This document shows positions 52,136 to 64,000 of a DNA stretch of 64,000 nt, in pieces; position 1 is the first letter of the stretch, and each line of letters begins with the position of its first letter. The notes below the pieces were generated by a model. The model was not told the DNA's origin, made no database searches, and worked only from the letters and a program-made list of their open reading frames with translations. The stretch comes from Chiloscyllium plagiosum (Eukaryota). Both the position numbers and the translations under genes were made by a program. Where the stretch lies: positions 4,392,246 through 4,456,245 of the forward strand of contig NC_057750.1 of NCBI RefSeq assembly GCF_004010195.1, read 5' to 3'.

Positions 52136-53217
52136 CTTAATGGTAAGGTCCTAGGGGGTGTTACCAAACAGAGATCTTGGAGTGCAGGTTCATAGCTCCT
52201 TGAAAGTAGAGTTGCAGGTAGATAGGATAGTGAAGGTGTTTGGTATGCTTTCCTTTATTGGTCAGAGTATTGAGTACAGGAGTTAGGAGGTCATGTTGCA
52301 GCTGTACAGGACATTTGTTAGGCCAATTGCTATATTGTGATCGGAAAGATGTTGTGAAACTTGAAAGGATTCAAAAAGATTTGCAAGGATGTTGCCAGGT
52401 TTGGAGGATTTAAGCTATAGGGAGAGGCTGAACAGGCTGGGGCTGTTTTCCCTGGAGCATCGGAGGCTGAGGGGTGACCTTCTTGCCAGAGGATGTGATG
52501 GAGGCTGGTACAATTGCAACATTTAAGAGGTATCTGGATGGGTATATGAATAGGAAGGGTTTGGAGGGATATGGGCCGGGTGCTGGCAGGTGGGACTAGA
52601 TTGGGTTGGGATATCAGGTCGGCATGGACAGGTTGGACCGAAGAGTCTGTTTCCATGCTGTACATCTCTCTGACTCTTATGTGCAGGTTAAGGTGGGTTG
52701 GCCATGCTCAATTGAAGAGTCATCTAGACTCAGAATATTAGCTTGACCCCCCTCCATGGATACTGCCTGACCCACTGTGATCTCCGGCATTTGTTGTTCT
52801 CAGGACAGACTCCAGCATCTGCAGTCATTGGCTCCTACGTTTACCCGTGATTTTGCATTGGACAGTACTTGGTGAACACTCACGGATGTGCCAGGAATGA
52901 CATTACTTAACGTTATCCCCTGGATCTGCAATGTGGCTCACTTATGTTTGCTTGGAACTACACATTGTTGTACTCAGGGACCCGTCCTAGGCAAATAAAT
53001 GCAACGTCTCCAGGCATTGCCCCTCCTTTCGGTTGGACAGAACAGTCAGGAACAATTGTTTCTGGGTGCAATCTCCATGGTAACACCACAACCAATCAGA
53101 ATCAACCAGCCAACCAATCAGTACCCAATTCTCATGCTGTATAAATTGTTGTTTCCCCTTGGGATTTGGTATTCTCGCGATTCGGTCCTGATGAGTACAA
53201 AGTGAAAAGACCCCACA

Positions 53218-53745
53218 TCATAGAACATAGAACAATACAGCACAGAACAGGCCCTTCGGCCCACGATGTTGTGCCGAACATTTGTCCTAGCTTAAGCACC
53301 CATCCATGTACCTATCCAATTGCCGCTTAAAGGTCACCAAAGATTCTGACTCTACCACTCCCACAGGCAGCGCATTCCATGCCCCCACCACTCTCTGGGT
53401 AAAGAACCCACCCCTGACATGTCCCCTATACCTTCCACCCTTCACCTTAAATTTATGTCCCCTTGTAACACTCTGTTGCACGTGGGGAAAAAGTTTCTGA
53501 CTGTCTACTCTATCTATTCCTCTGATCATCTTATAAACCTCTATCAAGTCACCCCTCATCCTTCGCCGTTCCAAAGAGAAAAGGCCTAGCGCACTCAACC
53601 TATCCTCGTACGACCTATTCTCCATTCCAGGCAACATCCTGGTAAATCTTCTCTGCACCCTCTCCAAAGCTTCCACATCTTTCCGAAAGTGAGGCAACCA
53701 GAACTGCACACAGTACTCCAAATGTGGCCTAACCAAGGTCCTGCA
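53218..53745 (-). mobile_element. CR1-type LINE 3' fragment
   Basis: LVRPHLEYCVQFW...[16 protein letters not shown]...RGDLIEVYKMIRG. Confidence 0.9.
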
Positions 53746-54469
53746 CATCACGTCTCTCCCTCCAGCTCTTCTGAGTTGGTTTTGTAAACACTCCCGCAAT
53801 CTTTCTCTCAGTTTTCTAGAAGAGTTCAGGGGATTGATGCTTACTGCTGACTCTGAGCATTCGTTGGCCAGTTGGCTACTCTGTGCCATGAGCATTAAGC
53901 CCAAAACTGCTTCACTTTCGTTTTATAATTGCTGGATGTTTGAAGGATTGAGGAGACAGGGCTCACTAATCACCTGTCTTGCAGGGTCAGGATTAATGAG
54001 ATAATACAACACCGGGGCCAGGTCCCTTTGAAGACTTTGGCCTTTCCAGCAATTAGCATCTGGAGACTGCAATTTCCAATTAACGCTTGGTGCACTCACT
54101 GAGGGGAGCAGCTAGGGATGGAGCTGGGGATTTATTTTAATTCCACACCATTACCAGCTCAATGACCAGACAGCATCTTAGTGCAACAGCTTTGTCTCTT
54201 TCGATCTTCTAATTGCAAACACAAGCACTGAAGGAGATGATGCTTTTACGGGCCAGTTTACTGTGAATTAATTAAATTAAATATTGATAACCACCGAGGA
54301 GGGGGTGAAGGACTAGTTATATTATCGCTGGGCTTTAAACCCGGAGACCCAGATAGTGTCCTGGAGACCTGGGTTTGAATCTTGCCCCTACAGGTGGTGG
54401 AATTTGAATTCGATGAGTAAAATGCATCTGGGTTTAAGAGTTTTTTGAAAATGTATCAATTTATGGGAT

Positions 54470-54830
54470 GCAGGCTTCGCTGGCTGGGCCCAGCATTTAT
54501 TGCCTGTCCCCATGAGAAGGTGGGGGTGAGCTGCCTTTTTGAACCGCTGTTGTCTGTGTGCTGTTAGAGAGGGAATTCCAGGATTCTGACCCAGCCACAC
54601 TGAAGGAACGGCGATATATTTCCAGGTCAGGATGGTGAGTGGCTCAGAGGGGAACTTGCAGGGGGTGGTGTTCCCATCTATCTGCTGCCCTTGTCCTTCT
54701 AGATGGAAGTGGTCATGGGTTTGGAAGGTGCTGTCTGAGGGTCTTTGGTGAATTCCTGCAGTGTATCTTATGGATGGTACACACTGCTGCTACTGAGAGT
54801 TGGTGGGGGAGGGAGTGGATGTTTGCGCAT
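54470..54830 (-). mobile_element. L2-like LINE 3' fragment
   Basis: Recurrent repeat (SVAAVCTIHKIHCRNSPKTLRQHLPNP) also at ~680-840/1082-1250(+) and 23830-24185(-). The L2 family assignment is tentative. Confidence 0.5.
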
Positions 54831-55429
54831 CTGACGATGACCATGAGACTGTTGGCGATTGTCGGATACCCCTTTAGGGCAGTAAACTGTCGTCCATTCC
54901 TGGTCTGGCACATGTCACTCCAGACCCACAGCGACGTTGCCAACCTTTAACCACCCTCTGGGTAATTAGAGATGGATAATAAATGCTGGACCAGGCCATT
55001 CACAGGAATATCCTCAGACAGACTTTGACCCTTAGGCACTTTCGGAGATTTCAAAGCTCATGACAAGATATCTCCCTCACATGAAAGACAGAGGCTTTAG
55101 AGAGAGAGAGAGAGAAAGAGACTGCTCTCAGACAGCGAGTGGTTACGCTCTGGAATGCACTGCCTAGGAGTGAGGTGATAGAATGTTCAAGAGGGGCATT
55201 CAGGTCAAAGGGTGTGCATGCCATGGGGATAAAGGCTGGAGATTGGCACTAGGGGATAGATCCCATGCAGGCACGATGGGCTGAGTGGCCTGCTACCGCA
55301 CTGTAGCGGTCTTATGGTTCTGAGGGGCGGAGAGGTTTCAGAAGAGAATTCCAGAGCTTCGGAAGCTGAAGGCACAGCTGTGAAGGAAATGGGAATACGT
55401 CAGAGATGCCAATGATTACAGTGTTCACT

Positions 55430-56320
55430 GAGGAACGGGAGGTGAAGAATGCTGAGATTAGAGATAGAAGTTTGTTTACTCTGGATCACGTTGACATAAG
55501 GAGGGAAGATGTGTTGGGTAGGCTAAAGGATATTAGGGTGGGCAAATCCCCAGGACCGGATGGGATCTATCCCAGGTTGCTGAGGGGAGGCGAGAGAGGA
55601 AATAGCTGGGGCCCTGACAGATATATTTGTAACACAGGTGACTGGAGAGTTGCTCATGTTGTCCCCCTGTACAAGAAGGGTAGTAGGGATATTCCAGGTA
55701 ACTACAGGTCAGTGAGCCTGATGTCAGTGGTGGGAAAGTTGCTGGAGAAGGTACCGAGGGATAAAATCTATTTATATTTGGAAAAGAATGGGCTTATCAG
55801 TAATAGGCAACATGGTTTTGTGCGGGGGAGATCGTGCCTTACCAACTTAATAGAGTTCTTTGAGGAAGTGATCAGGTTGATAGATGAAGGAAGGGCTGTA
55901 GATGGCATAGACATAGACTTTAGTAAGGCGTTTGATAAGGTTGGTAAACTAATGGAGAAAGCGAAGTCTCATGGTATGCAGGGTGTTCTAGCGAGGTGGA
56001 TAAAGAACTGGTTGAGTAAAAGGAGACAGAGAGTAGTAGTTGAAGGGAGTTTCTCGAAATGGAGAAGGGTGACCAGTGGTGTTCCACAGGGGTCAGTGTT
56101 GGGACCACTGTTGTTTGTGATATACATAAATGATACAGTTCTGGTCGCCACGTTACCAAAAGGATGTGGAACTTTGGAGAGGGTGCAGAGAAGGTTTACA
56201 AAGATGTTGCCTGGTATGGAAGGAGCTAGCTATGAAGAGAGGTTGAGTAGGTTAGGATTGTTTTCATTTGAAAAAAGGAATTGAGGGGGAACCTGACTGA
56301 GGTTTACAAAATCATGAAGG
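55430..56320 (+). mobile_element. CR1-type LINE ORF2 (reverse transcriptase) fragment with internal deletions
   Basis: KSPGPDGIYPR, PGNYRSVSL, QHGFVRGRSCLTNL, DFSKAFDKV, GVPQGSVLGPLLFVIYIND; the catalytic FADD region is deleted. Confidence 0.92.
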
Positions 56321-56679
56321 TGGGTGAAAGGAGGGATTTTTGGGAAGATTGTGGGATTGATGGTTAATCTTCTGAGCTCACAGTCATGTCCTTGCAGGTC
56401 AGACTGATCACAGAAACGATGATCCTATCCCTAACCTGATCGCATTTCTATAGCACCTTTCATAATCATAGGCCATCCCAAAGCAGTCACAGATCACGAT
56501 GGAGATGCAGGGAACCCAGCAGCCAACTTCTGCACAGCAGGATCCCACAAACAGCACCGTGGCCATTTTTGTTTTCGGTGGTTTAGATCAATGTACAAAT
56601 ATCACAAGGTGGTTCCTGATGCCTTGAACAAACCAATATGGGAAAATTATCAATTATCATTTACCAACTTCATGCTTTA

Positions 56680-56993
56680 TTTAGATTAGATTAGATTCCC
56701 TAAGGTGTGGAATCAGGCCCTTCGGCCCAACCAGTCCACACCGACCCTCCAAAAAGCAACCCACCCAGACCCATTCACCCCTGACTAATGTACCTAACCC
56801 TATGGACAATTTCCCACGGCCAATCCACCCTGACCTGCACATTTTTGGACTGTGGGAGGAAACCGGTACAAACCCACAAAGACATAGGGAGAATGTGCAA
56901 ACTCCACGCAGACAGTTGCCTGAGGCGGGAATTGAACCCAGGTCCCTTGTGCTGTGAGGCAACAATGCTAACCACTGAGCCACCGTGCCGCCC
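56680..56993 (-). mobile_element. HE1-type SINE
   Basis: Full-length reverse copy. Confidence 0.85.
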
Positions 56994-57148
56994 TATGGCA
57001 TGGCTGAGGACTTTCTAGAACATTCCTCACATATTTCATGTTTCTATGTGTTTATAAATGATGCAGTCCAGCCACTTTCATAATGATACAAACTGTTTAG
57101 AGTTCACAGCCAGGGGTCACACAGCCCCAGGTTACAGTCCACGAGGTG

Positions 57149-57276
57149 AAAGTGAGGACTACAGATGCTGGAGAGTCAGAGTCGAATAGGGTGGTGCTGG
57201 AAAAGCACAGCTGGTCAGGCAGCATCTGAGGAGCAGGAGAGTCAACGTTTCGGGCATAAGCCCTTCATCAGGAATC
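57149..57276 (-). mobile_element. Penelope-type solo arm with hammerhead motif (57239-57276), nested in another palindromic element
   Basis: Reverse strand GAUUC-CUGAUGA-A-GGGC(UUAU)GCCC-GAAA-CGUU-GACUC. Related decayed copies at ~15853-15965(-), 23075-23198(-), 26679-26808(+), 28845-29035 (palindromic), 49622-49727(-), 62865-62975(+). Confidence 0.75.
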
Positions 57277-57489
57277 TGTAAATCCAACAGGTTCATTTGA
57301 AATCACAAGCTTTTGGAATAGTCCGCCTTCCTCAGTGACTTCACCCAGTGAAGGAACAGCGTTTCGACAGCTTGTGGTTTCAAATAAACCTGTCGGACTA
57401 CAACTTGGTGTCATGTGACTTCTGACTTTGTCCACCCCAGGCCAACACAGACACCTTCAAGTCAAGCTCAGAGTTCAGCTGAGGCATAA

Positions 57490-58375
57490 ATGTTCACAAA
57501 GAGGATTGATGAGGGCCGAGCAGTAGATGTGATCTATATGGATTTCAGTAAGGCGTTCGACAAGGTTCCCCATGGGAGACTGATTAGCAAGGTTAGATCT
57601 CATGGAATACAGGGAGAACTAGCTATTTGGTTACAGAACTGGCTCAAAGGTGTAAGACAGAGGGTGGTGGTGGAGGGTTTTTCAGACTGGAGACCTGTGA
57701 CCAGTGGAGTGCCACAAGGATCAGTGCTGGTCCACTGCTTTTCATCATTTATATAAATGATTTGGATGTGAACATAGGGGTTGTAGTTGGTAAGTTTGCA
57801 GAAGACACCAAGGTTGAAGGTGTAGTGGACAGCGAAGAAGGTTACCTCAGATTACAACAGGATCTGGACCAGATGGGCCAATGGGCTGAGAACTGGCAGA
57901 TGGAATTTAATTCAGATAAATGCGAAGTGCTGCATTGTGGGAAAGCAAATCTTAGCAGAACTTAGACACTTAATGGTAAGGTCCTAGGGAGTGTTGCTGA
58001 ACAAAGAGACCTTGGAGTGCAGGTTCATAGCTCCTTGAAAGTGGAGTCGCAGGTAGATAGGATAGTGGAGAAGGCGTTTGGTATGCTTTCCTTTATTGGT
58101 CAGAGTATTGAGTACAGGGGTTGGGAGGTCATGTTGCGGCTGTACAGGGCATTGGTTAGGCCACTGTTGGAATATTGCATGCAATTCTGGTCTCCTTCCT
58201 GTCGGAAAGATGTTGTGAAACTTGAAAGGGTTCAGGAAAGACTTACAAGGATGTTGCCAGGGTTGGAGGATTTGAGCTATAGGGAGAGGCTGAACAGGCC
58301 GGGTCTGTTTTCCCTGGAGCATTGGAGGCTGAGGGGTTGACTTTATAGGTTTATAAAATCATGAGGGGTATGGAT
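57490..58375 (+). mobile_element. CR1-type LINE reverse transcriptase fragment, frameshifted
   Basis: YMDFSKAFDKVPHGRL, GVPQGSVL, IYINDLD...KFAEDTK split across frames. Confidence 0.92.
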
Positions 58376-58631
58376 TACCTCTCCCAGTTGGAGTTGGAAA
58401 AGAAAGAATTGCTAGACAGTCTGTAATCTGATTATTACTATAATCAAACATGATCAATTATTCAAGTTCATAGCTAATGCAGATACATTTCCCCTTCATG
58501 GAACAGCTGATGACTTCCTGACCACACATATCCTGCATCGGTAACTCATTGGCAATGGACAGAATGATTCATCTGTGTCTGCAGTGAGTGTATTGGAACA
58601 GAGTGAATGGTAACTGTTCATCTTTGGTGAG

Positions 58632-58955
58632 GTACACACATACATAGACACACACACACACATATATACTCACAGACAGACACGTACATACAGCCACATA
58701 CGCACACACAGACGCATATACACAGACCCACACAGATGCATGTACACACACACTGACACATACACATGATACACAGACACACACACATGACACACAGACG
58801 CATATACACACACACTGACACAAATGACACATACACAGAGACAAACACACACACTCGCATGATACATAGACACACACAGACACATATACAGACACACACA
58901 CATGACACATACACACAGACATAAACACATACACATGGACACACACACACACACA
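58632..58955. repeat. Degenerate (CA)n low-complexity tract
   Basis: Directly visible. Other simple repeats: CA-rich 1945-2190; (CTCTGTCTCTCG)n 22180-22245; (CT)n 27385-27462; (CTCTCA)n 46349-46415. Confidence 0.9.
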
Positions 58956-61900
58956 GGCTGTTCAGGCAGGGGGGTGTCAACTGAAAACACCAAATCTGAG
59001 ATTGATAAGAGTTCACAGAATCATTATGTCACAGACGGAGGCCATTCAACCCATTGGACTTGCACCAGCCCAAGATATTATCGAGCTGGAGAGGATTTAG
59101 AAGCGATTGACCAGGAAGTTACTGGAAATGAAGGGTTTGGGTTATAAGGAGAGGCTGGGATGTTTTTCCCTGAGGTGTGGGAGGTTGAGGGGTGACCTTA
59201 TAGAAGTTTATAAAATCATGAGGGATATAGATAAGGTGAATGACAGTATGTATTTCCTCTAGATGGGGGATTTCAAGACTAGGAGGGATATTTTTAAGGT
59301 GAGAGGAAAGAGATTTTAAAAAGACATGTGGGATAAATCTTTTACACAGAGAGTGGTTCATGTGTGGAATGAACTTCCAGAGGAAGTGTTGGATGTGAGA
59401 ACAAAACACACCTGCCACTCACCTTGTCTACACCCCTCATTATTTTATAAACCTCTATAAGGTCACCCCTCAACCTCCTACGCTCCAGTGAAAAAATCCC
59501 AGCCTATCCAGCTTCTCCTTATAACTCAAACCCCCATTCCCAGCAACACCCTGACAACTCTCTTCTGAACCCTCTCCAATGAAGGTAAGTGTGCTAAACG
59601 TCTTCTTAACCAGCCTGTCGATATGTAATGCAAACCTCAAAGAATTATGAACCTGAACCCCAAAGTTTCCCTGTTGTATAACACCGCCCAAAGCCCTATT
59701 TTTAATTGTATAAGTCTGGTGTAATTTTATAAGCCGTTGAACTGCCTTCTCAATCTTCCCCTCTGTCCATAACACCGATGTTTTGTGGGTCTGCCCATTG
59801 CACGTGTATCTGTGTGTGTGTGCATGTAAAGAACGTCTCACAAGGGTGTTATAGTTTGAACTTGTGGAGATAGAACAAGTGAAAGTTGTTACCCTGTGGC
59901 TAGAACCTATTAATTTGTAATAAATAGTTTCCCTTATTAAATGTACAAAGTGCTTTCTATAAAATTGGGTCTTAAGAAGACAGGGAAATTGGGGATTTTG
60001 ACAAACGTATTTAACTTTTGTGATGACTTCAGGAATATTGGGGCCTGATTTCCAGTGAGACATCACACAGATGAGATGGAGACATTGGTGCTGTTTGGTA
60101 AATCAGTTTATTGAATCTCACCTCTGGATAAACTGTGAAGCCAGACAGAGATATCCATGTGTTAAATGATATAGGCCATTTTCACTACGGAAAGATCAAT
60201 TCAGGGCCTTAGTGCATGTTGCTCTGCAGACCCTTAGGTACAGTACATGGTCACATTAACTAAAACCGATCGGGTGAGCTCATACTACGCACACGTTAAA
60301 GAATATTAAATATTCTCCACGGATTTATCAAGGAAGTCCTGCCTTTGAAAAACTATGATGGGCCCTTTCAGTCAATAGGAAGTTACCACCTGGCAAAGCT
60401 TTTAATTCAGTTGTTTTCTAGAAAAAGCTCTCCGTGTTGTGGAAGGAATGAGATTTGTGACAGGACCAAATGAAACCAACAGAAGAAAAAAGAATTCTTA
60501 GATGGGTCGCCAACTTTGGATGGCCACGTTCACCGAGGTCTTATCACATGACATACCTCCAGCCGCCCCACCCGGTCAAATAGCCATCTCTCCCCATGCC
60601 AATATTTTAAGAATCAACAGGGAAAAGCAAGTGTAAAGCTAGAAATAATGATGTGTCTGTTGGGTTGGGGTTGGGCAGGCGATGTTCCTCCAACGCTGCT
60701 GAGGGGATCAACTTCATGTTTCTGGAAAGTTCTGGAGAGTTGTCAGCCTCTGGTTCTCACTCTACATCCCCCAGATGCTGGTTGGCAGGAGAGACAGAGA
60801 AGATGGGGAAGATTTGGGGACATCAAGGAGGCCAGAGACGAGTTCAAGGGGACTATAAAGAATCCCCGAGACCACTGACAGAAATACAATAACTGCAGGG
60901 GATGCCACCGTGGTCCAATGGGACAAATCCTTAACAGGAACCGGTCAGGCAAGGAAATAAAACCAGGAATTGTGGATGCTGGAGACAAACAGAATTTGCT
61001 GTATTGAAGCTCAGCAGATCTGGCAGCATCTATGAAGGGGAAAGCAGAGTTTTGAATTCAGTGACTGTTCCTCAGAACCTGTTAGATAATATTGGTCGGG
61101 TTGGGGGCTGGGCAAGTTATCTGGTGTCTATTTTCAGGGGACAGTCAATGGGCATGTACTCTAGATCCTTTCAAAAGGAACGCAGAAGAGAAAAGGGTAA
61201 GCCATGCTGAGAGGAGATGAGGTAGATATAACAGGGCAAGGCTTGCGCACAGCATATAACACCAGTAGAGGGGCCGAACAGACTGCTCCAGGGGTGTCCA
61301 TGTTCCAGGAGAGCTCAAAGGTTGAGGGACTGGGGAAACACAGCAAAGATGATATGGGCCAAATGCTGGCAAACGGGATTAATTTCGGATATGGTGGTTG
61401 GCATGGACGAGTTGGCCTGGAGCTGTCTCTGTGCTGTACAGCTCTATAACTCAGAGAGAGAGCAGCTTTTACACCAGTTTAACATGGGTTTCCAGTTCTA
61501 TCCAGAGATAGTGCAGAGTTGAGACGACTCGCATTTCTGACTTGGTCCCAGACCCGAATATGTACCGTTACTGCAGATGGTGGGGATGGGAAGAAAATAA
61601 AGAAATGGGGCCCTAGCTCACAGATATCTGGGGATATTTTGGTGACACATTTTAATCGGATGAAAGGGGACAGCATAATTTAAACACAGACGACATTCAC
61701 AGAATCATTCTGGCACACAGAGCGAGACTGTTTGACCATCGCGTGACAGATGTGACAACAAATGTGGTGTGGAACAGATATGAGAAAAGGTGCCCCAGCT
61801 CCCAGACAAGGCTGTGACACAAACGCACACGTTCGATTCTTGGTCCCGGTCACAAACGGTGAAGAGCAAAGGTCCCTGAAAAGGAGATTTCTGCCTTTGG

Positions 61901-64000
61901 ATGACGACACAATTTCTCAAAAGGCCCGACAAGTTCTCCGAACGGATTCCCCCTCCTGGCTAGGACAATGTTTGGTAGTATTACTTACAGCTTAATAAAC
62001 ATAACTATTTTAAAATATATATTAATACATATAAAATAAGAATTTGGCATTAAGTTAAAACCCCCAAGATGCAACATTTTTCTTTCGCCCCCCTTCTTAC
62101 ATCGAGAGGTTGCAACAATTGCAGTGTACAAAAAAACACATTGTTTGCTCTAACAGCCCCACCCTCAGAAAACCCTTCCACTTGCACAGCCTGAGGGTGG
62201 GTGGGAGGTACCGACCATCCCAAACCAACTCCCCACCGCACCCCGGGATAACCTTCCCAAACCTGTGGAGGGATAGAGCTGAGCTACAGGCCACAGTCCC
62301 GACTGCGTCAGGGGTGTTCACACTCGAGAATGTGCAGAGGACCCTGAAGGTGGCTCCCACCAAAACCAAAAACATTCACCCCCTTTCTCTCTCTCTCTCT
62401 TTCCACAGACATTGCCAGACCTGCTGGGTTTCTCCAGCAATCTCCACCTTCCTTCCAACATTTCCTTTTGGTGGATTTTGACAGGCCTCCATATTAAATG
62501 GGGGGGGGGGGGTGAGCGTTAGAAATTGCTGGAGAAACTCTAGTGGAATCTTGTGGAGAGAGAAACAGGGTTTGGAGTCCAGTGACCCTTCTTCAGAACT
62601 GGACAATGGTGTTCTGTTGCCTTAATGTGACCCTCCCCAGACTCAACCAGTACCACTCCTCCATTTCACATTCCTTGTATCCACGGGCTGTTTTCATGTG
62701 TGTTTTTCGAGTCTGGTTTTGAGTTGGGGCGATGGATGATGCCTGAAGGACAACGTGAATTTGGAAGGACCTGCCTCTCTGATACTGGAGATGATGAGGT
62801 TCAGCCAATTATGGCTCCCCTAGGGGTTTGTGAACTTTATTCCTGATTCCTCTTCCCCTCATTCCTGATGAAGGGCTTTTGCCCGCAACGTCGATTTTCC
62901 TGCTCCTGCCTGATCGGCTGTGCTTTTCCAGCACCACTCTAACCTTGACTCTAATCTCCAGCATCTGCAGTACCCACTCCCCCTAGGAGTTTGCCAACCT
63001 TTCAACGCTGCCCTTCACGACCAAATAGCCCACTGGGTTCGCAATCGCTGCTGAGGGTTTCTCTCTGTGGCAGTTGGGTTTGCGCTGCCCTACACAGCCA
63101 AATAGCACCTCAAGACACATCCAGGCCTAAAGACAGTGACTGGGCCAACCCTGTACCCCACCCTGCGCTGACAAGGAAGGAAACGGGAAATCTCTGGGTT
63201 TATAGGAAAATGAAGATGCCGAGAAAAATGCCCCTTCCCTTTACCAGCTTTGCAAAGAACCTTTTCCAATCCATCGCAAAGATAGATTTTTTAAAAAATT
63301 AATTTAATGTGATATATTACTCGTACTCCATTTTAAAAAAAAATTAAATTGCATAAACCACAACAGTTTATAACTATTTAAGAAAACGCCGTAATTTGGT
63401 CCACACTGGAATACAGTGAGGGGATTGTTCAGGTCATTTTGTATGGAATGATTTAATTAAAGTTCAAATTGGGCAGTTTTCCTCTCAGTTGGAGTCTCCG
63501 CTCTCAGGACGTCTCTTAGAGCTGACAGAGAGGCAGATTACCACTGCGAGAGGAGGTCCAGGCTGACTAAAGATCTAATACGAGCGAGTACTGCTCAAAG
63601 CGACACCATTCGTCAGTGAAGCTGCGTGTAGGTTCCCCCTGACGATGGGCTGTGAAAACATGGTGCGGGCTTGTCACATCGCTACAGGTAGGCGGACGAT
63701 TGGAGGTGCTTACGAAGGAGGTGGTCGGTCAATTATTTAAGAGGTTAATGAAACGCCAAGGTCCTTAGATTTAAAGGAATCAGCACCACAAAAGTTTAGC
63801 CTCTAGAATCACGTTTTCCAGAGTAGACCATTTAGCCCACACTGCCAGCTCTATAGCTACCTGCTTTGTCTGGATTCCCTCATCTATTTTAAATGTTTCT
63901 TGACAAATAAGTGTCTGATTACTTTCCAAAAGCAACAGGAAATTCTGACTCCACCCGAATGGCGATAACAAACCCTGCCCAGATCTCCCACGATCCCTGG

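Noticed and set aside
55406..56284. 292-aa reverse-transcriptase ORF as an active or domesticated gene
   Set aside because: Internally deleted CR1 ORF2 lacking the catalytic motif; ordinary LINE decay.
58569..59016. Cys/Val-rich ORFs
   Set aside because: Translations of a degenerate (TG)n tract.

Overview
Vertebrate genomic DNA, almost certainly a shark (HE1-type tRNA SINEs, CR1/HER1 LINE fragments, DeuSINE remnants; probably a bamboo/carpet shark), with three assembly gaps. Two genes sit head-to-head. The first coding exon of a d4-family BAF subunit (MATVIQNPLKS, most like DPF1) is on the minus strand at 14069-14100. A ZFYVE1/DFCP1-like gene is on the plus strand, with ten in-frame coding exons (24657-44177, 616 aa: P-loop NTPase, Cys-rich/ER-targeting region, two FYVE fingers); its first coding exon was not found. 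A promoter with ZNF143, NRF1, CCAAT and CTCF-like motifs lies between them. Main observations: (i) the ZFYVE1-like gene looks like a divergent ohnolog linked to DPF1, with altered FYVE lipid-binding motifs; (ii) several short palindromic or solo Penelope-type repeats carry minimal hammerhead ribozyme cores, alongside a GIY-YIG Penelope fragment; (iii) a ~400-bp inverted duplication containing 33-bp minisatellites brackets one coding exon. Homology calls rest on recalled sequences, not on database searches.
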